UHGV virus genome: UHGV-1455077
Reading direction: 5' to 3' (one strand)
DNA from: a virus
Length of the DNA: 64,000 bases
The notes below the pieces were generated by a model that did not search any database, was not told where the DNA came from, and saw nothing but the letters and a program-made list of their open reading frames with translations. Position 1 is the stretch's first letter; every line of letters starts with the position of its first letter. The translations under genes were made by a program, and so were the position numbers. Below are positions 25,396 through 33,948 of the stretch, piece by piece.

Positions 25396-25432
25396 ATTAT
25401 ATTATAAATTATTAATTGTCAATATATTATTT
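25396..25432 (-). promoter_or_regulatory. sigma70-like early promoter
   Basis: - strand TTGACAattaataatttataaTATAAT immediately downstream of the tRNA-Cys 3' end. Confidence 0.35.
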
Positions 25433-25519
25433 TGGAAGTCTGGACGAGATTCGAACTCGCATCATCTTTTCAGATATACGGTTTTGCAGACCGCTGTATA
25501 GCCATTCTACCACCAGACT
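25433..25519 (-). tRNA. tRNA with GCA (Cys) anticodon, U73 discriminator and an unusually long (~17-nt) variable arm; CCA encoded
   Basis: AGTCTGG/CCAGACT acceptor. Anticodon stem GCGGT/ACCGT, loop CTGCAAA. Variable arm ATATCTGAAAAGATGAT. T-arm GCGAG-TTCGAAT-CTCGT. 3' TCCA. Confidence 0.5.
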
Positions 25520-25526
25520 TATAAAA

Positions 25527-25601
25527 TGGTACGGTAAGTGGGAATCGAACCCACATATTTAGCTTGGAAGGCTAACGTAATAGCCATTATACCATTACCG
25601 C
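25527..25601 (-). tRNA. tRNA-Gly (anticodon TCC), CCA encoded
   Basis: GCGGTAA...TTAGC-CTTCCAA-GCTAA...GTGGG-TTCGATT-CCCAC-TTACCGT-A-CCA. Confidence 0.6.
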
Positions 25602-25603
25602 AT

Positions 25604-25678
25604 TGGAGCGACTTGCGAGAATCGAACTCGCATCTAAACCTTGGCAAGGTCTTGTATTAACCATTATACGAAAGTCGC
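25604..25678 (-). tRNA. tRNA-Gly (anticodon GCC), CCA encoded
   Basis: GCGACTT...AGACC-TTGCCAA-GGTTT...GCGAG-TTCGATT-CTCGC-AAGTCGC-T-CCA; U8, A14, GG18-19, U33, A37 all present. Confidence 0.65.
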
Positions 25679-25689
25679 ATATATGAAGG

Positions 25690-25985
25690 TTCTTTTCACT
25701 CCGATTAAAAGAACCTACAACTTAACCTAACGGTTGGATAACCTTTATTAACGTATGCTATTTATCCAACAAGTATTCACATACAAAGGTTAGCTTAATG
25801 ATTACATACTACTTTATCGTCTATGTTACAGCCTTGGGCAAGGTTAGGTCAACTGTGTCTTACTGTTTCTGTCTTTCGGTTATCACGACTTACCTAAGAA
25901 AATTCCTATTAGCCTTTTGGATGGTTGCCCCTATCATTCGTGTGTTAGATTTATGTATGTAATCTCCCAAACATAGAATGGGAAA
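25690..25985 (-). ncRNA. ORF-free, hairpin-rich, relatively GC-rich ~300-nt segment inside the tRNA cluster; candidate structured RNA of unknown class
   Basis: No ORF on either strand. GC clearly above flanks. Stems ggttcttttaatcggagtgaaaagaacc (9 bp), ttggataa...ttatccaa (8 bp), ccttgcccaagg, tccca...tggga. Sits between tRNA-Trp and tRNA-Gly on the same strand. Confidence 0.3.
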
Positions 25986-25987
25986 CT

Positions 25988-26061
25988 TGGCAAGGGCAAA
26001 TTGATTTGAACAATTACTGCAAATTTTGGAGATTTGAGTGCTACCGTTACACTATACCCTT
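25988..26061 (-). tRNA. tRNA-Trp (anticodon CCA), CCA encoded
   Basis: AAGGGTA/TGCCCTT acceptor (one G-U). D-arm GTGTAACGGTAGCAC. Anticodon stem CAAAT/ATTTG, loop CTCCAAA as in E. coli tRNA-Trp. T-arm AATTG-TTCAAAT-CAATT. 3' GCCA. Confidence 0.6.
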
Positions 26062-26492
26062 ATTTTATTTATATTTATACTTAATAGATAATTTTTATAA
26101 TAATTATCTTTGTTTGTATTATCATATCTTAATGTTATAGATGTTCTATTAATAAAATCATTTGGTTCAAAAATAAAAACATCAGATGTTATATTATTAA
26201 CACAAAACAAATAATCTATTTCTCCATTTTGATAAGTTTTATAAATCCATTTACCTTGAATTAATCGTGTTGTTTTTAAATTAAATACAATTTTTTCTCC
26301 ATCAAATGTATTGGAAGATTTAACTTGTATTTTATATAATTTACCATTTCCACCATTAGATACAATAATAAAATCATACATTCTGTTATTCATTAAAGAT
26401 TTACATACATCAATATTATTTTTTATTAATTCAGTTGCTACAATCATTTCTCCAATATCACCATTATAGCAATTATTATCATATTTAAACAT
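26052..26492 (-). CDS. PD-(D/E)xK nuclease-like protein (start probably downstream of the annotated one, since it overlaps tRNA-Trp)
   Basis: GDIGEMIVATEL...YDFIIVSNGGNGKLYKIQVKSS fits the D...(E/Q)xK nuclease core. Confidence 0.35.
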   Translation of the reverse strand: MFKYDNNCYNGDIGEMIVATELIKNNIDVCKSLMNNRMYDFIIVSNGGNGKLYKIQVKSSNTFDGEKIVFNLKTTRLIQGKWIYKTYQNGEIDYLFCVNNITSDVFIFEPNDFINRTSITLRYDNTNKDNYYKNYLLSININKIRV

Positions 26493-26598
26493 TAATTATC
26501 CTTAATTGATGATTTTTACTTATTTAAATTAAAAATATTTTTTATAATTTATTAAATATTTTATAATATATAAATTAATGTCCTTCTTTTTATACATA

Positions 26599-27141
26599 TC
26601 ATTTTTCTGTTATAATATCAATATATTTTTTATTAACTTTTTTAACAAGCCAAACATTATTATCTGATAAAAAGAAATCAATATTATCTGCAAACATTTG
26701 TTTTGTATTTATTGATAAAATAATGGTTTTTCCTTTTCTTCTATCACCAACTTTTTTAGCTGTTTCAATATCTTTTGATAAATGAACATATTGTCGTTCC
26801 ATTGGCAATAGTCCTTTTTTCATTATAGATGAAAGATATTCTTCTTTTGTTCCGTGATATAAAATAACAGGTGGAATCTCTTTTTTAAAAGTTATATTAA
26901 CTTTGTTTGTTGTATGTCCTTGATTAGCTCTGATTTTCTTTCCATCTTCAGAAATAGAAAATCTTTGTTTATCATTAGTATTAACGACTTCTTTAATAAT
27001 ATTGTAAGATAATTCCATATTTGAATTATCAATAATATATTGTATGTCTGCCCATCCTTCTTTATCTAATTTTAAATTAATATTTTCAGGTTTATGACGT
27101 AAAATATAACTTAGATATTTACTAATTTCAATATTATTCAT
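26599..27141 (-). CDS. kptA: RNA 2'-phosphotransferase Tpt1/KptA family
   Basis: SKYLSYILRHKPENINLKLDKEGWADI, IRANQGHT, ILYHGT, VHLS signature blocks of Tpt1/KptA. Confidence 0.7.
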   Translation of the reverse strand: MNNIEISKYLSYILRHKPENINLKLDKEGWADIQYIIDNSNMELSYNIIKEVVNTNDKQRFSISEDGKKIRANQGHTTNKVNITFKKEIPPVILYHGTKEEYLSSIMKKGLLPMERQYVHLSKDIETAKKVGDRRKGKTIILSINTKQMFADNIDFFLSDNNVWLVKKVNKKYIDIITEK

Positions 27142-27463
27142 ATTTAATCCTTAAAAATAATGAGTGATTCCTAAATAAATTTAGGATTAAATCTGTCACT
27201 CGCAGATTATAAAAATTAATTTACACCAATCATTTTTCTATATTCAACGACTTCTCCATTTTCTGGAATAACTGATGGCATTTCATTATAAGAAGTTGCT
27301 TCAAGCAAAGGCCCAAAATTTTTAGTATTTTCTGACCAATACTGTGCATAATCAACACCAGTTCTTTTAATAACATAAATATGTTCTGGTCTAACCCATT
27401 CGTTACCTTTTCCAATTTCACTAAACAATTTTTCTTTTACTTCTTCTGACATTTTTTCCTCTC

Positions 27464-27700
27464 TTATTTTGATACTTTAATAGTTTCTTTTAAAAAGCTT
27501 GTTACAAATCCCAAAAATGCTCCGACTTGAAACATTGTAACATTTGTAATTCCCATTTGAGCTAAAATTCCAAGAATTGTATCTTCAAATACAAAACCAA
27601 CAATCCACCCTGCAACTCCGCCAAAAAATGCTGATGCAATACACGAAATTACAATTAAAAACGGAGTTAAAATTGTTAATAACATAAACATTTTACTCAT
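27464..27700 (-). CDS. small membrane protein (two predicted TM helices)
   Basis: Hydrophobic 78-aa ORF. Confidence 0.4.
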   Translation of the reverse strand: MSKMFMLLTILTPFLIVISCIASAFFGGVAGWIVGFVFEDTILGILAQMGITNVTMFQVGAFLGFVTSFLKETIKVSK

Positions 27701-28178
27701 ATCTTTTATCCTTCTCTGTTACGACAAATGAAGTTGCTGTTTCAGAAATAATTTTGTCAGTTTCCTCTACAACAAATCCATTGAATTTAATATTATACTT
27801 AGTTCTACCTTTTTTAAAAATACTATTCTTTTTAAATGTTTTTGTGATAGAAACTACTTCATCTTTATACTTGTAATTTTCAATCAAGTCAAGCAATTTT
27901 TTAAATTTTGGATTAGAATTTAATTCATCTTCACTAAATTTAATTTCTGTTATATTTTCAAGAATAGAATAAGCAAAATCATATCCTGTAATTATATTAC
28001 ACTTATTCCCTTTAAAATAAAAAACAGGTGATTCTTTATCAGTTGGAATATGAACAGTATCTGTTTTATAAACTTCATATCTCCATCCAATTTTTGAATA
28101 AAAATTATGAATATTATCACTCCAAATTACTTCATATGAAGGAGTTTTTGCTTCACAATCTTTAATTATCCAAGCCAC
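27693..28178 (-). CDS. hypothetical protein
   Basis: 161-aa ORF. Confidence 0.4.
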   Translation of the reverse strand: MAWIIKDCEAKTPSYEVIWSDNIHNFYSKIGWRYEVYKTDTVHIPTDKESPVFYFKGNKCNIITGYDFAYSILENITEIKFSEDELNSNPKFKKLLDLIENYKYKDEVVSITKTFKKNSIFKKGRTKYNIKFNGFVVEETDKIISETATSFVVTEKDKRYE

Positions 28179-28181
28179 TAT

Positions 28182-28475
28182 TTATTCTCCCAAATCATTA
28201 AAAGTTAAAACACGATTGATATATCTTTCCAAAGGAACATATGAACCATCTTTCATTTGAATTAAACATTCCGAAAAGATAGGACGTTTTGTATTTTTTT
28301 CATAAGTATAACCAGTATAAGCACACGACACTTTATCAGCCATAAAATTACCAAAACCCCAAAGACAGAAGATTCCCAAAACAATTAATAAAGTGATTTT
28401 AAAATCTCTTTTGGTGTAAGAATCATCTTCATCATAATCTTCCAAATTTTCATCTCTTTTAAACCATTTAAACAT
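28182..28475 (-). CDS. small membrane protein
   Basis: TM helix ITLLIVLGIFCLWGFGNFMA. Confidence 0.4.
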   Translation of the reverse strand: MFKWFKRDENLEDYDEDDSYTKRDFKITLLIVLGIFCLWGFGNFMADKVSCAYTGYTYEKNTKRPIFSECLIQMKDGSYVPLERYINRVLTFNDLGE

Positions 28476-28477
28476 TT

Positions 28478-28864
28478 TTAGTTTCCTTTCTTTTTAGCAT
28501 ATTTCATAAAATTACTGAACATTTCATTTTCTTTTCCATTATGAAAAGTTTTACATATAGAATCAACCAAATAAGGAGCTTTCATACCATATATAACTTC
28601 TTTTATTGAACTTAATGTTTCTGGCATTCCACAAATTAAAATGCTTGGAATAAACATAATAACCATAAATGGAAACATTAACCACGAATAATATGTCTTA
28701 ATAGTTAAATATTTCTCATCTTCATCAAGATAATATTTAAACCTTTTCAACCCATATCTAAAATTCATCGTTGGACACAAACCAAACACTTTTTTATGAT
28801 TTCTTTTTGAAATTATATATTCTTTTATCATTTCAATCTCTCTTTTACTATTATTTTGCATCAA
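28478..28864 (-). CDS. membrane protein
   Basis: TM segment WLMFPFMVIMFIPSILICGM. Confidence 0.4.
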   Translation of the reverse strand: MMQNNSKREIEMIKEYIISKRNHKKVFGLCPTMNFRYGLKRFKYYLDEDEKYLTIKTYYSWLMFPFMVIMFIPSILICGMPETLSSIKEVIYGMKAPYLVDSICKTFHNGKENEMFSNFMKYAKKKGN

Positions 28865-29072
28865 AAGTAAAATAGTTTTTAAGAGTAAAACCTTTTAAAA
28901 TTGGCATATAATAACCATTAGCACCAGTATTTTTTACTCTGTATGTATTTCCAGAAGCATCTTTCATCCAAATACTTTTTTCAGTTACTTTAGTAACAGT
29001 TCTAGTATCTAATACGCTATTAGACCAATCGTGGTATCTTGAAAATGTATCTCCAACTTTAACTTCAGCCAT
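28851..29072 (-). CDS. hypothetical protein; start revised to the internal ATG (MAEVKVG...) because a promoter motif occupies 29112-29147
   Basis: The ORF-track start is GTG at 29150, overlapping the TTGACA/TATATT promoter motif. ATG 26 codons downstream has better context. Confidence 0.35.
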   Translation of the reverse strand: MAEVKVGDTFSRYHDWSNSVLDTRTVTKVTEKSIWMKDASGNTYRVKNTGANGYYMPILKGFTLKNYFTFDAK

Positions 29073-29111
29073 TTTAAAATTCCTTTCATTAAAAACCATT
29101 ATCATCATTTG

Positions 29112-29147
29112 ATAATGGTAATATAACATAGAAAAAATACTTGTCAA
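29112..29147 (-). promoter_or_regulatory. sigma70-like early promoter (member of the conserved ~40-bp intergenic motif)
   Basis: - strand TTGACAagtattttttctatgTTATATTaccattatcaaa; near-identical copy at 33556-33597. Confidence 0.4.
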
Positions 29148-29154
29148 CACATTT

Positions 29155-29604
29155 TTACATAATTTCTAATTTTTCTTTAATTTCTTCCCACGACCAAGGT
29201 TCATAATTATGCGTATCAACCCCAACATCCATACATTTAGTATTTTGATGTGGCATTAATTTTGTAAATTCAGCTAAATTAAATTTTCCGTGGGTATGAC
29301 CATATAAATGAATTGATTGATGCCACGCACAATCCCATTCCGCAATTGGATAATGTGATAAAATAACTCTTTTATCTTCAATTGTAATTCTTTTATAAGG
29401 TACAATTTCTGCCCATACATTTGATTTTTGATGAGGTGTTAGTTTATCGTGATTACCAATTATTAAATATTTAATTCCATTCATTTTAGAAAATGTTTGT
29501 TGAATTTGATTTGAATTCCAACCCCAACAAACATCTCCTAAAACATATACGACATCATTTATATCAATTTTTTTATTCCAACGTTTAATAATTTCTTCAT
29601 TCAT
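29155..29604 (-). CDS. small metallophosphoesterase (Ser/Thr phosphatase-like)
   Basis: YVLGDV, IIGNHD, GHTHG motifs. Confidence 0.55.
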   Translation of the reverse strand: MNEEIIKRWNKKIDINDVVYVLGDVCWGWNSNQIQQTFSKMNGIKYLIIGNHDKLTPHQKSNVWAEIVPYKRITIEDKRVILSHYPIAEWDCAWHQSIHLYGHTHGKFNLAEFTKLMPHQNTKCMDVGVDTHNYEPWSWEEIKEKLEIM

Positions 29605-29777
29605 TTGCTGAACGGATGAAAATGGTCTATTTGAATGTTTAATTGAATTAGTATGGTCTAAATGGAGTCAAAGGTCCGAAGTAAAAAAATACTTCGGACA
29701 TCTACTCCTTTCTATATTTGTTAATCCATCTTTTACCATTTTTATAATCCTCTATTAATTTAATAACTAAATCTTGT

Positions 29778-30584
29778 TCATACCATTCTTTTTTTATAAT
29801 TGATGATTTTATTAAATAATTCCTCTAATGTCAAGTGATTTCCATCAATATATTTTTGTCTTTTTTTCATTATATTATCTCTATTTGTTAATATTTGACA
29901 ATTACAAGGATGTCTTAATATTTCAGGAAAAACACCATTTTCAAAGCCACTTCTTCTACTATACATATGGTCTCTAACAACACCTTTTGGATTTGTAATA
30001 GAATTAAATACATTATAGTCAGTTAATAATTTTAATTGATTTTCATCATCAATTAAATTAAACATATTTTGTTTCCAATTTGCTTCTTTATAATAAATTT
30101 CTTTATCAGCTTTATTTTCTAATGGTATCCAATAACCCAGCGTTTCATACTGCTTTCTCATTCGTTCTTTATATTCAGTAGTAAATTTTTTCTTAGATTT
30201 TTCTCCAATAATTTTTTTAGATTTTTCTGAAAGTTTTTTTCCATACATTGTTGGCTTATGTGTTTTGTAATATTCTTTTAACTTTTTACTTGTTTCAAAT
30301 AATTTTTTACCTTTATTAACTGCACATAATTCTTTTAGTTCTGGTCTTTTAATATATCTCTGTTTTACAATTTCTGATACTTTTTGTTTTGTTTTTTCAT
30401 CCCATTTATTACCATAATTAGGATTGTTTTCTCCTAACATAGAAGTTTTCATATACTCATAAAAACATTTTTTACAACAAAAAACAGCATTTTCATTTCT
30501 AACTGTTGATGGAAATCTAAAAAATGGTTTCTTGCAATTAGAACATATATAATTAGGTTCTTTAATACTTTTCTTTCTACCCAT
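29778..30584 (-). CDS. HNH homing endonuclease with NUMOD3 DNA-binding repeats and N-terminal zinc finger
   Basis: C-terminal VRDHMYSRRSGFENG...NCQILTNRDN (HNH). Repeated YGxKxSEKSK NUMOD3-like motifs. CSNC...CCKKC. Flanked by direct repeats atggtctaaatg at 29653 and 30621. Confidence 0.6.
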   Translation of the reverse strand: MGRKKSIKEPNYICSNCKKPFFRFPSTVRNENAVFCCKKCFYEYMKTSMLGENNPNYGNKWDEKTKQKVSEIVKQRYIKRPELKELCAVNKGKKLFETSKKLKEYYKTHKPTMYGKKLSEKSKKIIGEKSKKKFTTEYKERMRKQYETLGYWIPLENKADKEIYYKEANWKQNMFNLIDDENQLKLLTDYNVFNSITNPKGVVRDHMYSRRSGFENGVFPEILRHPCNCQILTNRDNIMKKRQKYIDGNHLTLEELFNKIINYKKRMV

Positions 30585-30657
30585 ATATTTCTCCTTTTAT
30601 TATATGAGTATTTATTGATTTAATGGTCTAAATGTAAATCGCTTGTAAACCAAATCA

Positions 30658-30951
30658 TTATTTAATCCTATAAATCGTTTTAATTACATTATAGTAATCA
30701 TCAAATGAACAATTTTTCATCAAAAGAATTTCAGTAACTGAACCTGATGCAGGAAAATGTTCAACAACGGAAATTTCTTTTTCATCATCATTGATAAAAA
30801 GTTGTATTCCATTGACATTAACTTCAATATAATTTTCATATACATTTGCATCTTTATTGAGCCAATATTTCAATATTCTTCCATTATTTTTAATAATCAT
30901 TGGCTCAATAATAGTATCTACAAAATCCATAAAATCTTTAAATTCAACCAT
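30658..30951 (-). CDS. hypothetical protein
   Basis: 97-aa ORF. Confidence 0.4.
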   Translation of the reverse strand: MVEFKDFMDFVDTIIEPMIIKNNGRILKYWLNKDANVYENYIEVNVNGIQLFINDDEKEISVVEHFPASGSVTEILLMKNCSFDDYYNVIKTIYRIK

Positions 30952-31760
30952 TATTCAACTCCATACATAATTGGTTCAGCATCATAAAAGTATGTTTCAA
31001 CTTTATTTTCAACTTTTTTCATTATAGGAAGTTGCATTTCTTGAACTTCACTACGGACTACTATACCATTTTCAGGACGTTTATCCAAAGGTATTTTTGA
31101 TAAAGTTTCTTCATCAAGAACTTTATTTACATTTACTCTTTTAAAATAAGAACCTCGTTTTAAATATGGTTTTATATCATTAAAATTTATGCCTTTTTCT
31201 TGAAACAGCATTTCATTCATTTCAGCAGTTGATTTACCTTGAAGTTCTTTATGACTAAAATTAGCTTGTGCAACCATTGATACTGCATTTCTTGCGGCAT
31301 CATTTTCTCTCCAAACAAAAGCATTTGCTAATTCTACCATATTTGGCAATTGAAAAACCCTGCAATCAAAGTTTGGTTTAAGATTTTCAACTTTTTCTGT
31401 AAGTTTTGGATATTTCATACAATTCAAAACAAAAGATACTGTTGCCATTGATGCCAAGACAGAAGTTAATTTAAACAGTCTACCATCAAATGGTGCTTTA
31501 CTCATATCTTCCCAAGCCAAAGAAATTTCATCAGATTGAACATAACCAAGTTTGGCATTAGTTTGTTTAACTAAATCTTTACAAACTTCTCTCATAACCG
31601 CAACAAATTCCATATCAAATGGTTTATCCAAACCACGACAAAAAGTATGAAATGCACGCCCATCTAATCTAACATATACAGGCAATCTTGGCATTAACAT
31701 TGTTGAAGTTGTCAATGCTTCATAAGTTTTCATTCTATCGCCTAAATTATCATTACTCAT
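30951..31760 (-). CDS. Thg1-like protein (tRNA-His guanylyltransferase family / 3'-5' polymerase, tRNA 5'-end repair)
   Basis: MKTYEALTTS...LPVYVRLDGRAFHTFCRGLDKPFDMEFVAVMREVCKDLV follows the Thg1/TLP N-terminal catalytic pattern (...VRIDGRGFHKF...KPND...). Confidence 0.5.
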   Translation of the reverse strand: MSNDNLGDRMKTYEALTTSTMLMPRLPVYVRLDGRAFHTFCRGLDKPFDMEFVAVMREVCKDLVKQTNAKLGYVQSDEISLAWEDMSKAPFDGRLFKLTSVLASMATVSFVLNCMKYPKLTEKVENLKPNFDCRVFQLPNMVELANAFVWRENDAARNAVSMVAQANFSHKELQGKSTAEMNEMLFQEKGINFNDIKPYLKRGSYFKRVNVNKVLDEETLSKIPLDKRPENGIVVRSEVQEMQLPIMKKVENKVETYFYDAEPIMYGVE

Positions 31761-31772
31761 TTATATTCTCCT

Positions 31773-32618
31773 TTAAATTCTTTCCTTATATTCTATATTA
31801 ATTAAAGTATTTGTCAAGAACATATTTGGATAATTATTTGGTACATTCCAACAATGACGGTCTGGAGTACAATATTTTTTACCAAAACATTTAACCCTTC
31901 TTCTTTCCAAATTTTCAAATTTTTTAATCTTCGGATTATATTTTTTAATAAACATAAAATCTTCCCAATTTTCTTCTTGTTCTAATTTTACTTTACCAAA
32001 AAATTCATATCCATTAGAAGTTTGAAGCCAACAAATTTTTTCATCTCCATCATTCATTTCAACAGGAAAATATTGTTTATAATTTTCTTCAATTGTTCTT
32101 AATCGTTTCATAAATGAATGAAAAGATTCATTAATTAGATATGTACAATTATCAAAAGTATTTAAAACTAAAAATTGTTGTTTTGGTATTCCATTATGAG
32201 GAATAGTTGGTATATGTATTCTTTCAATATCTGAATCTGCTACATAATCAAATAATTTATTATATCCAATACCAATAAACAATATATTCATTAAATTAAC
32301 TGTATGAATTTCATTATCTATACCAATAAATTTAATATCTAATGCATTATCATAAAAAATATGCCAGCTTTTTTCTATTGGTTTTTCTTTAGGTATTAAT
32401 TTATTTTTTGAAATATAATCATTTTCATTTATTGTTTTTAATGATTTAAAAACAAATGAATTTGTTTCAGAATTATATATTTGACAATAAGATTTTCTTT
32501 CTTCCATAAAAGAAGATTTCATTTCTTTAATATCATTTTTAATATTTTTTATTTCTTTATTAATATGTGATGTAATAATTTTCTTTGATTTATAATTTCC
32601 TATTTTTTTATTTTTCAA
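31773..32618 (-). CDS. hypothetical protein
   Basis: 281-aa ORF. Confidence 0.4.
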   Translation of the reverse strand: MKNKKIGNYKSKKIITSHINKEIKNIKNDIKEMKSSFMEERKSYCQIYNSETNSFVFKSLKTINENDYISKNKLIPKEKPIEKSWHIFYDNALDIKFIGIDNEIHTVNLMNILFIGIGYNKLFDYVADSDIERIHIPTIPHNGIPKQQFLVLNTFDNCTYLINESFHSFMKRLRTIEENYKQYFPVEMNDGDEKICWLQTSNGYEFFGKVKLEQEENWEDFMFIKKYNPKIKKFENLERRRVKCFGKKYCTPDRHCWNVPNNYPNMFLTNTLINIEYKERI

Positions 32619-33246
32619 TTAAACTTCTCCATCAACCTCAATTTCTTTACATTCATAAAGTTTTAATTTTAATTCTTTGTTTTCAAACATTTCTTTTGAT
32701 TTCTGAAATTCCTCAATTGTTTCGCAAGGTAAAACTTCATTATTTGTATTACCATACTCATCTGTCATAATTAGTTCAATGATATATTTCATAATTTTAA
32801 CTCCTCTTTAAGTGTTTTGTTATATTTTGAAGCATTTAATAAAACTTTGGTAAATGTTTCAACTTCAACCTCACCTGTTTCAGGATTTAAATAATCAGAA
32901 TATGATAAATCACATTTATCACAATAACTACTATCAAGAGATAACTTTGTTTTTTTACCTTCAATAATCAAACCACTTTTTCCAGCAGAAACAGGATTAA
33001 CATCTATAAAATATCGCATTTTTTACTCCTAAAAATCAGATTCAATTTCTATAATTTTATGCTGTGAAGGAAATAATTCTATTGATGATAAGAATTTTTC
33101 AGCATTTTCTTTTGAGCGAAATAAACCTTTAATTTGAAAATCTATTTGACAATCTTCAATTATAGAATCATATTCATCATTTTTAAAATGAACATTTTTC
33201 AATGTATCTATGTAAACAATTGCATATAACATTATTTTATTCCTTA

Positions 33247-33534
33247 TTAAGCAGTTTTGTAACGACAAGAACCAATTTCATAGCCTTTTTTAGCTAACAA
33301 TTCATTAAAATACCATAAATTAGTTCCACCAGTATAATCTTGACGATTTTTTGCTGTCCGAAACATAATAAAATTATTATTTGTCATTGGACAAGTTCTT
33401 ACATCAGCAGTTGAAATGTAGTACAATTGACCATCCAAATTAAAAAATCCTGAACAGTAATAATAGCCAGCTTTTAACTCAATATCTGTTCCACCAATAA
33501 TTTCAATTGCCTTTTTCAAAGAAACTTTTTTCAT
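33247..33534 (-). CDS. hypothetical protein
   Basis: 95-aa ORF downstream of promoter 33563-33597. Confidence 0.4.
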   Translation of the reverse strand: MKKVSLKKAIEIIGGTDIELKAGYYYCSGFFNLDGQLYYISTADVRTCPMTNNNFIMFRTAKNRQDYTGGTNLWYFNELLAKKGYEIGSCRYKTA

Positions 33535-33562
33535 TTTATTAACCTTTCATTGTTGTTTTTGA

Positions 33563-33597
33563 TAAGGTTAATATAACATATAAAAATTACTTGTCAA
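33563..33597 (-). promoter_or_regulatory. sigma70-like early promoter (TTGACA-N16-TATATT)
   Basis: - strand ccTATTGACAagtaatttttatatgtTATATTaacc. Confidence 0.4.
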
Positions 33598-33606
33598 TAG
33601 GAAAAA

Positions 33607-33633
33607 TAAAAAAATCTGCCAAACTTGGCAGAT
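33607..33633. terminator. hairpin aaatctgccaagtttggcagattt flanked by A/T runs (bidirectional)
   Basis: 10-bp perfect inverted repeat. Confidence 0.5.
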
Positions 33634-33639
33634 TTTTGA

Positions 33640-33939
33640 TTATTTAAAAGGTTTAACTTTTGCATATGAAATAATTCTAAATGGATTTTTAAGATACCAA
33701 TCACGATTAAATTTATGTTTAATAGCGTGATAAAACTTACCTTTTGATGGTGATTTAATCCAATCTAAATAATCTTTTCGTGTTAAACCTCTTACAATAT
33801 ATGTTTTTGGATTTTTTTGAACTTTAAATGTGATAATTTCTTCACCTGGAAAAAAACGATTTCGGCGACCATAATAAGATACATCTTTTAACCAAGATGA
33901 ATTAACTAATCTTTCTTGTAACAATGTGCTTACTTTCAT
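33640..33939 (-). CDS. small basic protein
   Basis: 99 aa, Lys/Arg-rich. Confidence 0.4.
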   Translation of the reverse strand: MKVSTLLQERLVNSSWLKDVSYYGRRNRFFPGEEIITFKVQKNPKTYIVRGLTRKDYLDWIKSPSKGKFYHAIKHKFNRDWYLKNPFRIISYAKVKPFK

Positions 33940-33948
33940 TTATATCCT

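Noticed and set aside
25690-26061. Group I intron within a tRNA gene
   Set aside because: The 5' part resolves into a complete intron-less tRNA-Trp (25988-26061). The remaining 300 nt has no recognisable P7/P3 core, so it is listed only as a candidate structured RNA.
28851-29150. Annotated GTG start at 29150 for ORF 28851..29150
   Set aside because: The first 26 codons overlap the conserved promoter motif (TTGACA at 29141-29147). An internal ATG at about 29072 is the more plausible start.
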